A stretch of DNA of 57,641 nt, filler included, from Platydemus manokwari (GCA_037951405.1; 5 parts of 5 records of this genome joined end to end with filler, not necessarily neighbours in it); one strand, 5' to 3'. Shown: positions 23,827 through 36,902, counted from the whole stretch's first letter. Translations and numbers: made by a program. The notes: generated by a model not told the origin, from the letters alone.

Positions 23827-24496
23827 GTAATTATTTTTTTTTATCTATCTACTTTCGGAGTTTAGAAAATTCCTAAACTCGTCTATTTCTTTAACGTGGA
23901 TTTCATTTTAGTAATATAAAACTAAGCTATAACATTATAACAGTGGTAACCTTAGTTTATTACTTGAATTATCAACTCTCATTCAAACAATTTCATTAAA
24001 ACTAAAAGCCCCATAGTGTTGTCACACAAAGAGATTTTAGATCGACGTTTAAAACAACTCCCACTCCGAGAAGAAACATTGTGTTCTGTTGCAAACATAC
24101 AAAAATTTAATATAAATCAAAATTTCTGAATCTCAGACTTCAATCAAATTAATGTGAACAAACAATTATTCCTTAATAAATGATAGGAAAATTGAGATAA
24201 AAAAATAATGATTCTTATTTTGATCTAATTCAATTTCCTTTTTAGCAATGTCAAGTTTCGATTAATTATTCAATAAATTAACATGTTGAATATCAATACC
24301 TAAATTATTGATCAGAAACGTAAAATTATTGACCGCTTTACAGTATTTTTGATAATTATTGTGACATGAGTTAGCTATTTTTTTATTGGTAAACCAATAT
24401 TGGATTTCAAAGATTTATTGCCATAACATAAAAATTTCCTCTGATAATAAAACTGGAAAATAACTGTATACTTAATAGCTCGGAGTATTGGTCGAT

Positions 24497-24596
24497 NNNN
24501 NNNNNNNNNNNNNNNNNNNNNNNNNNNNNNNNNNNNNNNNTTAATTAATTAANNNNNNNNNNNNNNNNNNNNNNNNNNNNNNNNNNNNNNNNNNNN
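24497..24596. other. Assembly gap with TTAATTAATTAA linker
   Basis: 44 N + TTAATTAATTAA + 44 N. Confidence 0.98.
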
Positions 24597-26849
24597 ACCA
24601 TAAAGAAATGTTTATTGATTTGATTTGAAAAATATTTTGGTCATAAATCTAGGATAATGCCGGATAATTTGAAAACCAATTAATAAAGTAGTCACCAATA
24701 AAGCTTGTTTAATAAATAATATTAATAAAAAAAACAAGAATCCCGTCGAATAAAAATAAATAATGAGACATTGAGAATGATTTGGAAACATAGAAAAAGA
24801 AAAATTTTCAAAATGGATTTTCTACATGATTTTCATTTTCCTCTATTAAACTGGCTTTCAGAAATGAAAGAAAGTAAATGTTTTATAAAATATCAAACTA
24901 TTATAAATTCTGTCATTTTTCTCTTTACACTAATCTCTCTTCAATTGCATAAATTAAACAAGCACTTTAGTCCTAAGATCATACAGCTTTACAACCCGAG
25001 ATTTTTTACAGTACGAGTTTTAATCTCAAATTAGATTTTTAAAAGAGACGAATTGCGATTCAAATAATAATTCAACTGCTCGAGATAATAATAACCTTTA
25101 TATTCAATCATCATGTTATTTTAAAACCAAATTCACTCTTTTATCAGACATTAACATTGTATTCCAACAAAAAATTTAGTCCAGATTCGATAATAAATGG
25201 CAATGCAAACAATTTTATGAAATTAAAAATCATTGAATTCATTATTTTTTATTCATTTATTGTTGACCAGTAATCTGTTTTAATTGTAATAACAGTCAAT
25301 TATTGATGAGTCAAATAATAAAGTAATCAATACTTGACATATAGCGAACATTAAAAAATTAGACATTTTTATGATTATAAATAATTTTAAAACCTGTAAT
25401 TGCCGTATCCGTTGGCGACGAAAGACACCAGCTATCAATGTAGGTCATTTACAAGTCTCATTGACTCAAGGTTAATCAATAAAAATACGATTTATAAATT
25501 CTTAATATGAAGAATATGTTTGTGAGTTTGTGTGTATGTGATAATCCTTTTAAAAATACAGCCAAATATTACCAAGCCTCAAATGATTTTTTGTATTTAG
25601 TTTCTGCCAACAAAATTTATACTTATAAAATGTTAAGTCAAATACTGATATTTATTAACATCATTATATTTCATAAAACCACACAAGATATTTTTATTAT
25701 TGATTATTAATAATAAATCATTAACAATACATATATTTTTTAAAACAATTCTAAAATTTTTATTATTTAGAGGAATTAATTTCTGTAATATATTTAATTT
25801 GTTTCAATCGAAAATTCCAAAATTTACTTATATACGATGATTTATAAAGAAATAAAATTTTTAAATGGACTTATCAGACTTCAAAGAAAACCAAAACAAA
25901 CTGTAGTATCATAATTTGGATCAAAAACAAAATCTGAAAAACAAGTGGCTGAATATATTTTTTTATCATGTGACAACTCCATACAAATTTTTTAACATAA
26001 TAATTCAAAACACATCTCAATAACTGAAGTGATTTTAACTATAATATCATCGAATAATTTCATTGTTCAAATGATTTACAAAAGCCATCACCATTTTGTA
26101 ATTACTTGAAAACAAATATGATTTGAAAATTGAAATTAAATCAAAATTTGCTGTAAAACTTAATGACTCAAACATATATAGCGTGATTCATTGATAACTC
26201 GTGTGACTGAAAGATATTTATAAATTTGGACAGAAATGAATGTTTTTGATTGACTGCAAACAATAATAATTGGAAAACATGTTGAAATAATACATTTTTA
26301 TTGGTTGCATGCTTAATTATAATAACAACATTTATAAAAACAAAATCCAATATATTGAATTAATCTTTATTATAAAGCTTATTGCGAAAAAATTTATTTA
26401 TTTTAAATTTTTATTTTTCTGAAAATGTGTGATCGTTTATAAAATATATAATTTATAAGAACCCCTTTGATTTCAATCAATATTCCTAATTTTTACATTA
26501 ATTAACAAATTTAAAACTTGATTGAAAATAAATAAATAAAATGAGAATGAAAATATTAATAAATCAATTCTTAATTGAAGCTAATGTAATAAAAAATAAT
26601 TATTTATTATTTATATAATCTAATTAGCAAGCCTTTTCATATAATTATGCAACATTCTATTAAGTGATACACAATAAAAATTAAAATCCAAAAAGTTTAC
26701 TCATGAGGACATAAACCAAATTTTGAGAATAACTAAAAACAGGATGCAAAAATTAACTTCTCAAAAAATAAAAAAAATTTAGTTTAGGAATTAAGAAAAT
26801 TATTAAATTGAATACATTATAATTTCATACTGATTGTTGATAAACTAAC

Positions 26850-27245
26850 CTTGCCGTGATTTCCACAAAATAACGATATCCGTTTTTGACATCACATATG
26901 ATTTTGTTGGTAATGGCTTTTGTTACTAAATCTTCAAAAGCTACTCCATAATTTTTATCTATTTCATCTGCAATTCTTTTTAAATCTTTTGCAATAGGTT
27001 GACATTCACAACTGGAATAAAAATATTATGTAATATCAATATAGTTTTACATACTTTTTTAATGCCTCTGTTTTATCAATAATTTCCTGAGCAATATGAT
27101 TGTTTGTGTCTCTCTCAAGATCAATCTGAGCAACACTAGTAATAAATTGTGTAACAAAGTTCTGCGTGTTGGTTTCTGGTTCCGCTATTTTTATGTTTTC
27201 ATCTTCGTCTTCGAGGTTTTTATTGTTGTTATCGCCAGATGCCAT
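26850..27245 (-). CDS. Bcl-2 family protein, Bak-like; first two exons only (BH1/BH2 exons not found on this contig)
   Basis: Exons 27055-27245 and 26850-27011 join in frame: ...TQNFVTQFI...NCECQPIAKDLKRIADEIDKNYGVAFEDLVTKAI...GYRYFVEITAR|. The BH3 motif LKRIADEID followed by Y...F..L and Y.YF..I matches Bak helices 2-4. Confidence 0.75.
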
Positions 27246-28464
27246 TAAATACTAGTTAACAAACGTGAGTTGTAATTAGAAAATTAGAAATGTTTATTAC
27301 GAAATTTTCAAATAGTAAAAAATAATTCAGAAAATAAAATTTTTAAAACAAAGGCCTTTTTCTAAGTTAAATTTAATATAATATCAGATTTAGATTTTAA
27401 TAATCGTGATAAAATTATGAATATCAAATATTGGATGAATGAGTTCTAGTTTTACTTTTATACTTCAAATTAAAATTTTTATTTTTTATTAATAGTCTTC
27501 ATCTTAAAAAAATTAAATTAATTTTTGTGGAAATTAATAAAGGATAAATAAAAATTTTACACAAATTCGTAAATTTAAACGATCATTAACCGAACTTAAA
27601 AGTTTCAAATAATAAGTCTAAATTAGATCTATCGTCAAATTATAAAATATTGTTAAAGCCAAACTAAAATTCAAAAGACATTATAATGTTGACGATCTAC
27701 TCTAGCTCACCAAGTAATTGTTGACTTCTCCTGAACAACTAACTAATCTCTGACTTCAAAAATAGAAGGCTAAAACTATATTTCTATCGCGTACTGCTCG
27801 GTACGACTTGCAAGTAATTAGACCTGGCATACTTAACAAAATATCAACAAATCTGAAAAACAGGGTTATAATTGAATATTTGACTATGTGAAAATTTCTT
27901 TTAAGAACTTTGCGATTTCTTCCAATAAATATTAAAATAGAATGTCTATTAAATAAATCAAATTATAATTAGATTTCAATAAAATTAAATCAATAACATT
28001 GAATTTCTAATTTTTCAAATTCATTTTTATATCCAAATATTGCAAACTTTATCTCAATAAATAGCGATATCGTAATATGTGATGATTATGGAACACATAA
28101 GTCCTTACTATACAGGAAGATAACGTAATAATTGGTTTTTAATTTGTTGGGGTTCTGGCCCAACAAGTTATTTACAACAATTAATTTACATTGAAGAATA
28201 TGTGTATACAATTGCATGACAGTACATATAAAATGTGTATTAATTTTTATTAAATCAATGTGTATTTTTTATACTTTGACAACCTTTGGAATTTTTGAGC
28301 AAGGACCAGTTTGAAATATTGATATTTATAATAATTATTGTTTATATATGCGTAAAATAATATTATTAATAAAAGAAGCAATAGCAAGCTCGTCGAAATT
28401 CCCTAAAATAATAAATTAATTTATAAAATATTAAGATATTGCACATTAACAACGACAAATAAAT

Positions 28465-29524
28465 TGTCATCTATTTTCGCGCATGAAAATTTTATCACAG
28501 AATAAAATAACCACTTGATTAAATTTAATCAAGAAATATTTTCTCTGTCTAATAAATATATTCAGAGAGAATTTCTCTCACCAGTGAATAAATTCACTGG
28601 CGTTAGATTAAATCGCATAGAATAACCTCGAGTGATTCACACTGCCTATATAAGGCAGAAGTCACAATTAACTCTACCATTAATTTCACTGCCCACCATT
28701 TCACATTTGCTAAGACGACGTTATACGCTACATCAATTGGAGAAGAATTTAAATTTCAATTCGACGCACTGTGGAAGATAATCTGGTGCAGAAGACCACT
28801 ATTCCCGTATATGGCCGGTATTTTACTGGAAGACCCAAAGTAAGAATCATACCTGTGAAATACTTATCTATATCATGTATTGTATCGTTTTATTCCTTTT
28901 ATAGAATTTTTGCTCAAAAATCTTAAAGGTAAAGGTTCTGCTCTTCGAGTTGGAGTAAGTTAACCGTTCTTTTTCTGGAAGTTGTAAGGTCTTTTATAAT
29001 TATAATTTGATGTATAGTGTAGTTTTAAAATCAATCTGTAATTTTTATTTTATTTTATGTTAAACAGTTTTTGTATTGGTATTATATTTAATAAACATTT
29101 GTAGCGTTAAATTTTAGTTCTTAATCATACAGGGATCGTAAAATCATTCTTCGCGATTATTGTAAAAGAACATATAGTTAATAGTATAAATAGGGTTATA
29201 ATAAATCTTAGTTGTCATTCATATAGGGATTGTAAAATTGTTATTCATTTTCATAGGCATTACATAAATAATAGTTTTAAATAGGGTTATAGTTTGTTTA
29301 TACAATTTGAGACTGATAGTTAAGTTAATTAAATATATCGGTACCGCCACACCTATTGTCTTTACATAATAAGGCTGTGCGAGGCGAAGGAACATCAATA
29401 TAAGGGAGATTACACTTGTGGCCTTAATCAAGAGCTCATAGAGACTAATTAAGACAGTAGTGGTATATATCAAATAACATTAAGCTTAGTTAAACAATAA
29501 AATCAATAAGGCCTGAATGTAACA
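28465..29524 (+). mobile_element. Putative solo LTR (~1.06 kb) with palindromes, TATA box and splice signals
   Basis: TGT...ACA termini (TGTCAT / GTAACA); CCTATATAAGGC TATA at ~28645; AATAAA at ~29090 and ~29496. The flanks (AAAT / AATT) are not a clean TSD. Confidence 0.5.
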
Positions 29525-29649
29525 AATTTATTGCTCATAAACTCGGTTTGATTTTGATCAGAAATGATTGAAATTCCATTATTTTGCTTAAATTAAATAT
29601 AAAACGTAAATATTTTGTATATTCATATTGATTTTTTAAAACTCTAGAC

Positions 29650-30322
29650 CATGGATTTCCAAAGTTAGAGCTACCGCCCCCTGATGGGGGCTGCAAGGAT
29701 CCAGAGGGTCGGTGGTGAATACAAGCTTATTTGAGGGCAATAATAGTATAAAAATGTAAGAAAATGATAATTAAAAATTTTGAAGTATCTCGTTTGATTA
29801 AAACGCTTAATTTGGCTTTAAACAACGTACTGTACGTTTTCACTCATTTTTATTGAAGTATGTGTAATCGCGCATTCAATACTACTGCTTGTGCGCTTTG
29901 TCGCTTGCAAAGCTGAAGTCTGGTAGTAGAGCAGTAGTATTTCTGGGAATCCCCATAATGATTAACTGAAATAAAACTAAAAGAGGTTAGTCAGTTGTGA
30001 TATTACGAGAAGTTAAAATTAAGTAACAAACAGTTCAACTGGAATTGGTAAGTATTAAATATTTTGTAATAATAATAACCCCTTTACAATTAATAATATG
30101 ATGTTTATTGATTACATCAGAATTTTAATTTGCCTTTAACAAAAATATGTCTGAAAATACTTCTATAACCAATTATATTTAATGAAAAAGATACTAACAT
30201 TAAGATTTTTTTATGAATTACTACTAAAAGTTTTAAAAAATTGGTATGGGTTAGTTTTTGGGTGTTAAGTGATATGTATTCTAAAACAGGGTCGATACGC
30301 CCAAAAAGTTTGGGTATCACTG
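29650..30322. mobile_element. Non-autonomous hAT (Charlie/Buster-type) element, 673 bp
   Basis: Perfect 8-bp TSD CTCTAGAC at 29642-29649 and 30323-30330 (the NTCTAGAN target typical of Charlie/Buster). Imperfect TIRs CATGGATTTCCAAAGTT / reverse complement CAGTGATACCCAAACTT. Confidence 0.9.
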
Positions 30323-30456
30323 CTCTAGACAAATAAGAATTGTTTCTGAGTATATTTGATTGTATTTAGAACATTTTAGAACACATTTCATTAATTGAAT
30401 TAAACTGATTTTGTCAATATTGAATCATTCGAATAAATTTAACTCGTTCTATTTTT

Positions 30457-31826
30457 TGTTGGGAAAGTGCTTCCAATGCTCCAAGCACCTCAAACAATGA
30501 GAGGATAATACTGGACGAAAATGGAGAATGGGGTGGAACGGTTTATCGCGGAGATAAGCCCGAGAAAGTCGGCCGGAGCGAGCCAAGAGAAACAATAAAA
30601 AGGAACCAATGATCCCAGAGGATCCAAGGACGGAAAACTTAAGATGGTGGGAGATGCTTAAGCGGATGTGTTTGGACGAGGAATATGAGCTCGGATATCT
30701 CTAAAAACCTACATTATAAAATTTTGTGATTATAAAGTTGTCTATAATCTTTGCCTTATGATACTGTAATTTCTCCAATCTTTCCTTGGATGTGTATTGT
30801 GTTTAAACGTATATTGTAACGTATTTTGTTAAAAATTATATTTTAAAATTAATGGAAATTTTTAATGAAAATAAACTCAAAGTAAAAGAAAAATAAATCG
30901 GACAGCAAAAATAATAAATAGTGAGCTAAAAATAATAATAAAAGCAAAAATAAAATTAACTTTTTAAAAATTTTAAAATGTGTTTAAGTGAGCTAATAAT
31001 ATATAGTCTAATAATATATAAAGTCTAAAAATAATAGAATTTATTAAATAGAATTAATAAATAGATGGAATTAAATTTTTGGAAAAATAAAATAATTTTA
31101 ATTTTGAAGTGGAAAAATAAAAATATTTTAAATTTCTAAAGCGAATTTTCCACTTCCAAAATACTAAAAATAGGCACCAAAAATAATTATTTTTCGCTCA
31201 CACAAATCTTAACGGTAAAACAAAAAGTCTTGTCGAAAAAAAGAAATCTTACAAAATTAAACTCTAAAAACAACAAGCTGACTACGACTATACTTGTATC
31301 AAGGAGACGAATTCACAAGCTACAAAAGGCTCACAGACTTCAGCTTAAAAACAACTGGCAATATTGGATCTTGTGCTTAAAAGGAACTACTTCGAAGGTG
31401 CGACGCTTGACGAAAATACGTTAAACATATTTTAAAATCTATATTATTTAAAATCATTACTTATGGGTCGTTTTGTCAAATTCGAATCGACCACTCACAT
31501 ACCATAAATTGATTGAGCTAAACTTGAGTTTGTTTTAGATTAAATAACTTTGATTGTTGATCCGGTTTATTAACAATTTCATTGTCGATTGTAATTCATT
31601 ATAAAAAATTTGTAACTAGTGTTGATTTCAATAGAGGATTATTTTTCATTCAACCGTCTTTGTTTTTGATTTATTATTAGATAATTGTTTTTTAAGTAAT
31701 CAATAGTTGTTATTATAGGCAAACCCTTGTTAGATATTCGAGAGGGTTGATTTGAATTTAAATCATATCAACTTTAAAGAACTCATCTGAGTTGGGAATA
31801 CTAAATAACAAGACTAAAACCCAACA
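30457..31826 (+). mobile_element. Solo LTR (~1.37 kb)
   Basis: Perfect 7-bp terminal inverted repeat TGTTGGG...CCCAACA; 5-bp flanks TTTTT/TCTTT (4/5 TSD); GC-richer 5' part, AT-rich repetitive core. Confidence 0.7.
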
Positions 31827-33275
31827 TCTTTATGAACAAAATTCTAAAATTTTTATTTGTAATTACCATTTTTTTACGAGTAAAAATTTTTCATAATATC
31901 AATAAATCTATATTTAATCACAATCAAAAACTCTCATTGCAACTCAAAGCTAAATACTCCATGAATAGTAGAAATCACTCAAGAATACATATTAAAACTC
32001 AAACTATCACATAAGAGTTTCCGTCCTTTGAAGACTGGAAATTATTCTCTTCTATAAAGCAAAATGTTCTAGAATATTCTATTGATCTTTATATTTTTTT
32101 TTATTTTGGTAAAATATTGATATTATTCTATTAAAAACATTTATTTGTTTATTATTTTCAATTTTTAAACATCCCCAAGACGTTTTAACTTATTTAAAGT
32201 TAATTCCAAAAATTTTCATATCATATCAAAACTTTCTGCTAATACAAATAAGTGTTCTTTTGGAAAAATTCTTAAAATGCAGTTTTAGATATAACTTCGC
32301 AATATATTTCTTCCCTTTATGCCCTTTTTGTTTTTTTTAGATTTTAATTATTTCATCAGGAATTCCACCTATTAACTCACCAATTTCTTGATTTGATAAA
32401 TCTAACAGTACAACCAAATATTTCTACAGCATTTTCAATATTGTTGAACTTTTATAAAAACGAAGGCCATGATTTTTTGGAAAATCTCAGCATATTAAAT
32501 TTTATGATTATTTAGCCAATTTTTATATAGCTACTTTTAAGGATTAATGTTCTGGTTTAAATATAAAGGGTCCTGTACTGTTAATGATAATATAAAATAT
32601 GATAAAATAACAATATAATAAAAACAAATAATTACAATACAAAATATTAAATAAAAACTAAGTCGTAATTTCAAGAACAGTCAAGATGTGCACAATCGAT
32701 AAGGATAAAACTTGGAAATAGCTGATTTTTCAACAACAATAAAAGATTTACTTATCATTGTGTCTCTTCAAAACAGAAATATGGTTGAGGAAATAACAAA
32801 TATTTTACAGTCACATTTATAAATGTATTCCACTTAATTGTGTTATTTCTTATCTTATTAAATAAAATTTGGAAAGAATCAATTATTTTCTAAAGCAATG
32901 TTATCATCAGTTGCTTTATTCACATAAGAAATTTCAATATTCGATCTCTAAAAACCGATCTAAATCGGTACGACAATTTTTATTAATTAATTATTTGTTT
33001 TATTAATTTCGGATCATTTATTTGACTATTATCAGTTATTATTTACGTAGAAAGTTTATCTTACTGAAATTATGTGAATTACAATACTTGTTTGCAGTGT
33101 TTATCAATTCATTGACAATCACATTAAGGTTATTTTTAAATTGACGATAAATATGGATGGAATTACTTCAGTGTTTTATTATGAAAATGTAAGAATGCGA
33201 TTGGTGTAAAATAAATCAAAAAAATTAAATTTTAAAATTTAAATAATAAGAATAAATAAAATGCAGTAATTAAAT

Positions 33276-34075
33276 TGTTAGATAATACTAAAAGTTGTGC
33301 TATGCAAGCCAAACGGTTAGCAACTATAGCAACAACGTTTAGAAATAGTTGTAAAACAGAAACTAGTTAACTGGAACTCTGTAGTACAGTTTGTGATCAA
33401 TATTGGTTTTAGCTGAATAGAAAAGAAGTTTGTATTGTTCTTGAAGAAACAAAAGATAAGAATTAATCAACATTTTAGTCGTTGGATAGTAAATCATCAA
33501 AAAGTATTTATCAGATCACCAGATTGGAATCATCTAAGCGTTCAAGTGGAACAATGACAAAAATCTCAAGGGTAATACAATTATATAATCTGGAAATCAT
33601 ATCAGTGAAAGTCGGAAAAAATCAAAGAAATGAATAGAGGAATTTTATTTCGATCAGTGACTGTTAGCACAATCTTTTATTAAAGGGGTAAATTAGACGT
33701 CATAAAATTATGTTATATAATGTTCTTTACTTTTACATTACTGCTAGAGTTAAAATATTAGTAATCAACTCTTACTGTTATTAAACTGGCTCTTTTGTTT
33801 GCTTTGTTCAAGTTACTGAAGAGTTAACTTCTTAACATAACAAATAAATATACATATTCATTTATACATATTCATCATTAATCTGTTATCATTGTAATCA
33901 TATTATTTGTGTGTGTTGTTGAGTACCCGTGATCAAGTTATAACCATAAAAGTTCCATTTCTCTCGCACAGATCAAGGAAGTTAGTAATACTATCTTAAG
34001 TTATGGAAACCAAGTGCAATCTTAAGTCACACAATTTATAACATAACATAATTGATAAAATAGCCACGCAGGATG
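33276..34075 (+). mobile_element. Gypsy-like 5' LTR (33276-34048) with degenerate tRNA-Ser primer-binding site (34061-34075)
   Basis: TGTTA...TAACA termini and AATAAA at ~33843. The following TAGCCACGCAGGATG resembles the tRNA-Ser(GCU) PBS TGGCGACGAGGATG (2 substitutions, 1 insertion). Downstream 34400-34430 gives VAIDSYT, like an integrase VIVDAYS motif. Confidence 0.55.
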
Positions 34076-35411
34076 ACGGACTATATTTTAAAAAATCAAT
34101 ATTTTGCAGGATCAATATTTTACATTCCTAATCCAAAATTTAGAGAAAATTTGTAATTTTTTAATTGCAGGCATCGTGTAGAGAAACATAATGGTAAATG
34201 GCTAAATAGTATTCGGAAAGTTAAAGATTTTATCAATTAGGAAAATATTTTAAGTCTAGTTAAGGCAACAAAATATCAAATGTATTATTATAAGAAAGAT
34301 CTAACGTAAATATAAAAAATTTTCAATGATAATACATTTTCAAAAGATAGATATTCAGTTATAACACCTAAGAAATTAACTGAAGGTTTCTATTTTATTT
34401 CAGTTGCTATTGATTCATATACACACTATGTATGTGGTTTATTAAAAATTGGAGTTTGATTCGAAAATGCTCTGAAAATAATTCTACTAACAATTGAAAA
34501 ATCCTCCAGACCAAGTGAAACTAATTTTTATTGAATGGATCAGGTTCTTTATGATGTTAAGGACGATCGAAATAATAACCAAAATGAGTACAATATTTTA
34601 CAGTGTGGTTATTGTAGAGTAAATTATTTACATATCTCGGATCCAGTACAGCTTCATTGAACGGATTTTCACACGGCCAGTACTATTTAACATATAAATG
34701 TTGATTGCGTATTTAGCTAAATCAAACAGTCTCAGCAATTCCAACCAATAATTCAATCACGTTCGTTATTTGGATCTAATTTTAATTAAATAAATATATA
34801 CTCCAAGAGTACTTTTTTAAAATCAATATCATGAACATCATTGTTAATTCAAAATGCACCATCCAGGTCCTTCATCAAAGAACAACCATCAACACAACCT
34901 CAACTTTTCGGGAAAAGAATAATACATACTCTTTCCTAACTAATTGGAATTAATAATCACAGATTTTTCAAAAATTCAAATTAGCAATTAAACCCATTAT
35001 ATTGAGATTTTAGGTTATTTTTTTAATATTGATAATTAGCTAGTATATCAATATAGCTGAATAATGATGATTACTTGACACAATCATACCAGCGGCTAAA
35101 TCTGTTGAAATTGGTAGTTATTCAACACTTCACTATGAGCGATAACACAAACCAACATCCAATCATTCATGAAATCAATAAGTTCCATCAATAAACATCA
35201 ATTAAATAGACTCAAAATGGAAAACAAAAACAAAATAACACCTGAATTCCAATCACATTTGCCAGTACACAGATAGATAGATATATACGCAGCATCGCCA
35301 ATTAACAAATAATTATATAGAATTAGCCAACAAATACATCATATGGAATCTATTCGTGGCGGTCAATCAAACAATCGATAAGTATTAAGGTTTTATTATT
35401 ATTATTATTAT

Positions 35412-36604
35412 TCAACTGGCACTGGCTTGATTTTTGTTCTGGATGGCCAATTTTACGTCCTGACAGAGTTTCCTTTGCTGATCTTCAACGGTTTTGGAAA
35501 CTCCGGATCTGAGTGAATCGATTAAGTTCTTTGATGTGCCGAAATAAACATCGTTGAGTTGTTTACGAATAGAATTCTCCATATCCTGCAACAAATATGA
35601 TTGTTATGAAATAGAAATATCAAAAACACAGAAAAACAGAACAATTATTGACCAATAATGACTGAAATACCTCAACTAATCGACCTATATTTACAATGTG
35701 ATTGTTAGCGTCTGTCAACGAAACTTCCTTTTCAGTCATTCGGGTCAAACTACCTCCGAGATTAAAACATCCAGTCTCAGAATTTTGCGTTTCCAACCAA
35801 AGCATGATTGTGCTGGTCAGTTTATATCGAGCATTTCTGCCACTGCTTTTTTCCTGAATAATTACATGTTTCACAAAATCAATAAGTCAAATGCAGACTT
35901 TCTTATTCAAACGATCTCATTAAATAACAACATACAAAATTATACAATTTTAATAACATAATGAAGACAATTTTGAAGATAAACCAAAATAGGAATAATT
36001 TGTAAATTGTTACTTACTTCAACTTCTATCACATGAATAGAATCCCAACACCCTGTAGCTGATTTTAACTCACCAGCTTTTTTAATAAGAACAGCGCCTG
36101 CAAAGCCGCTATCCAAATCCCACAAATATACAGATGAAACACCACCTTCATAATACATGTCACGATATACATCAAATGCTTTATTTGCTTCGATTTCCAA
36201 AGTACGAACTCGGTCACTCGGTAATGAACCATCTTCCAGTGGTGGTTCATATGAATTAGACCATGGGGATCTATAAGAATCTCCATCACGATTATAATCA
36301 CCTAGTAAATAATCTTTTCCTGTCTAAATAATTTATAATTATAAAAGTAATTAATCAAACTAACTTTGGAATCTTTAGCAATTTTCAATGGTTGATCTAC
36401 CGAACTAAGGAGGTCTTCACACAGTTCAGGAACTAGTTCAATAAGATCCTGTAAGTTTTTATCTATTTTTTGAGGAGGTAATCTCCTCATTAAATCGAGA
36501 GCCGAATCAAGCTGATCAGCCTTAAATTATAATTAAATGTGTAAAATTTTAAAATTAAATGCATCGACTGAATTAATATATAAGTAAACAATTAAAATTA
36601 CCAT
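35412..36604 (-). CDS. CAPZB: F-actin capping protein subunit beta, 5 exons, ~273 aa
   Basis: Exons 36602-36604 (ATG only), 36365-36520, 36018-36323, 35671-35853, 35412-35585. Motifs: [84 protein letters not shown]. Confidence 0.97.
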
Positions 36605-36902
36605 TTTCCTTATAATTTAATTAAAGATAAAGACGTAATAAACAAACTTAATTTAAAAGAACAAAATTAATAATGCAATGAATATATAAAATATTTAGTT
36701 TCGATTTTTCAAAAGACATTATAGTAGTGACTTTATAAATTATTTCTTAATTTTATGCCTTGAATACAATTATTAATTTTTTAAAAAAATATGTTAATGA
36801 GAAATTTCTAAAATCTTAAATATAGTTTAATAAAAATAGTAAATTTTCAACTAGACTTTATAGAATTGAAAACAATACTAGGTATACATCATAAATACTG
36901 AG

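Noticed and set aside
24246-24281. Possible last exon of the galectin-like gene (QCQVSINYSIN*)
   Set aside because: Too short to complete the fold and has no independent support.
25390-25480. GC-richer stretch ending in CAG|GT on minus as the next Bak-like exon
   Set aside because: No acceptor gives an in-frame BH1 (LF..G.NWGR); candidates hit stops or unrelated sequence.
24771-32014. Short AT-rich ORFs (24771, 25507, 26168, 29219, 30117, 31230, 31832)
   Set aside because: I/F/K/N-biased with no motifs or splice support; several lie within TEs.
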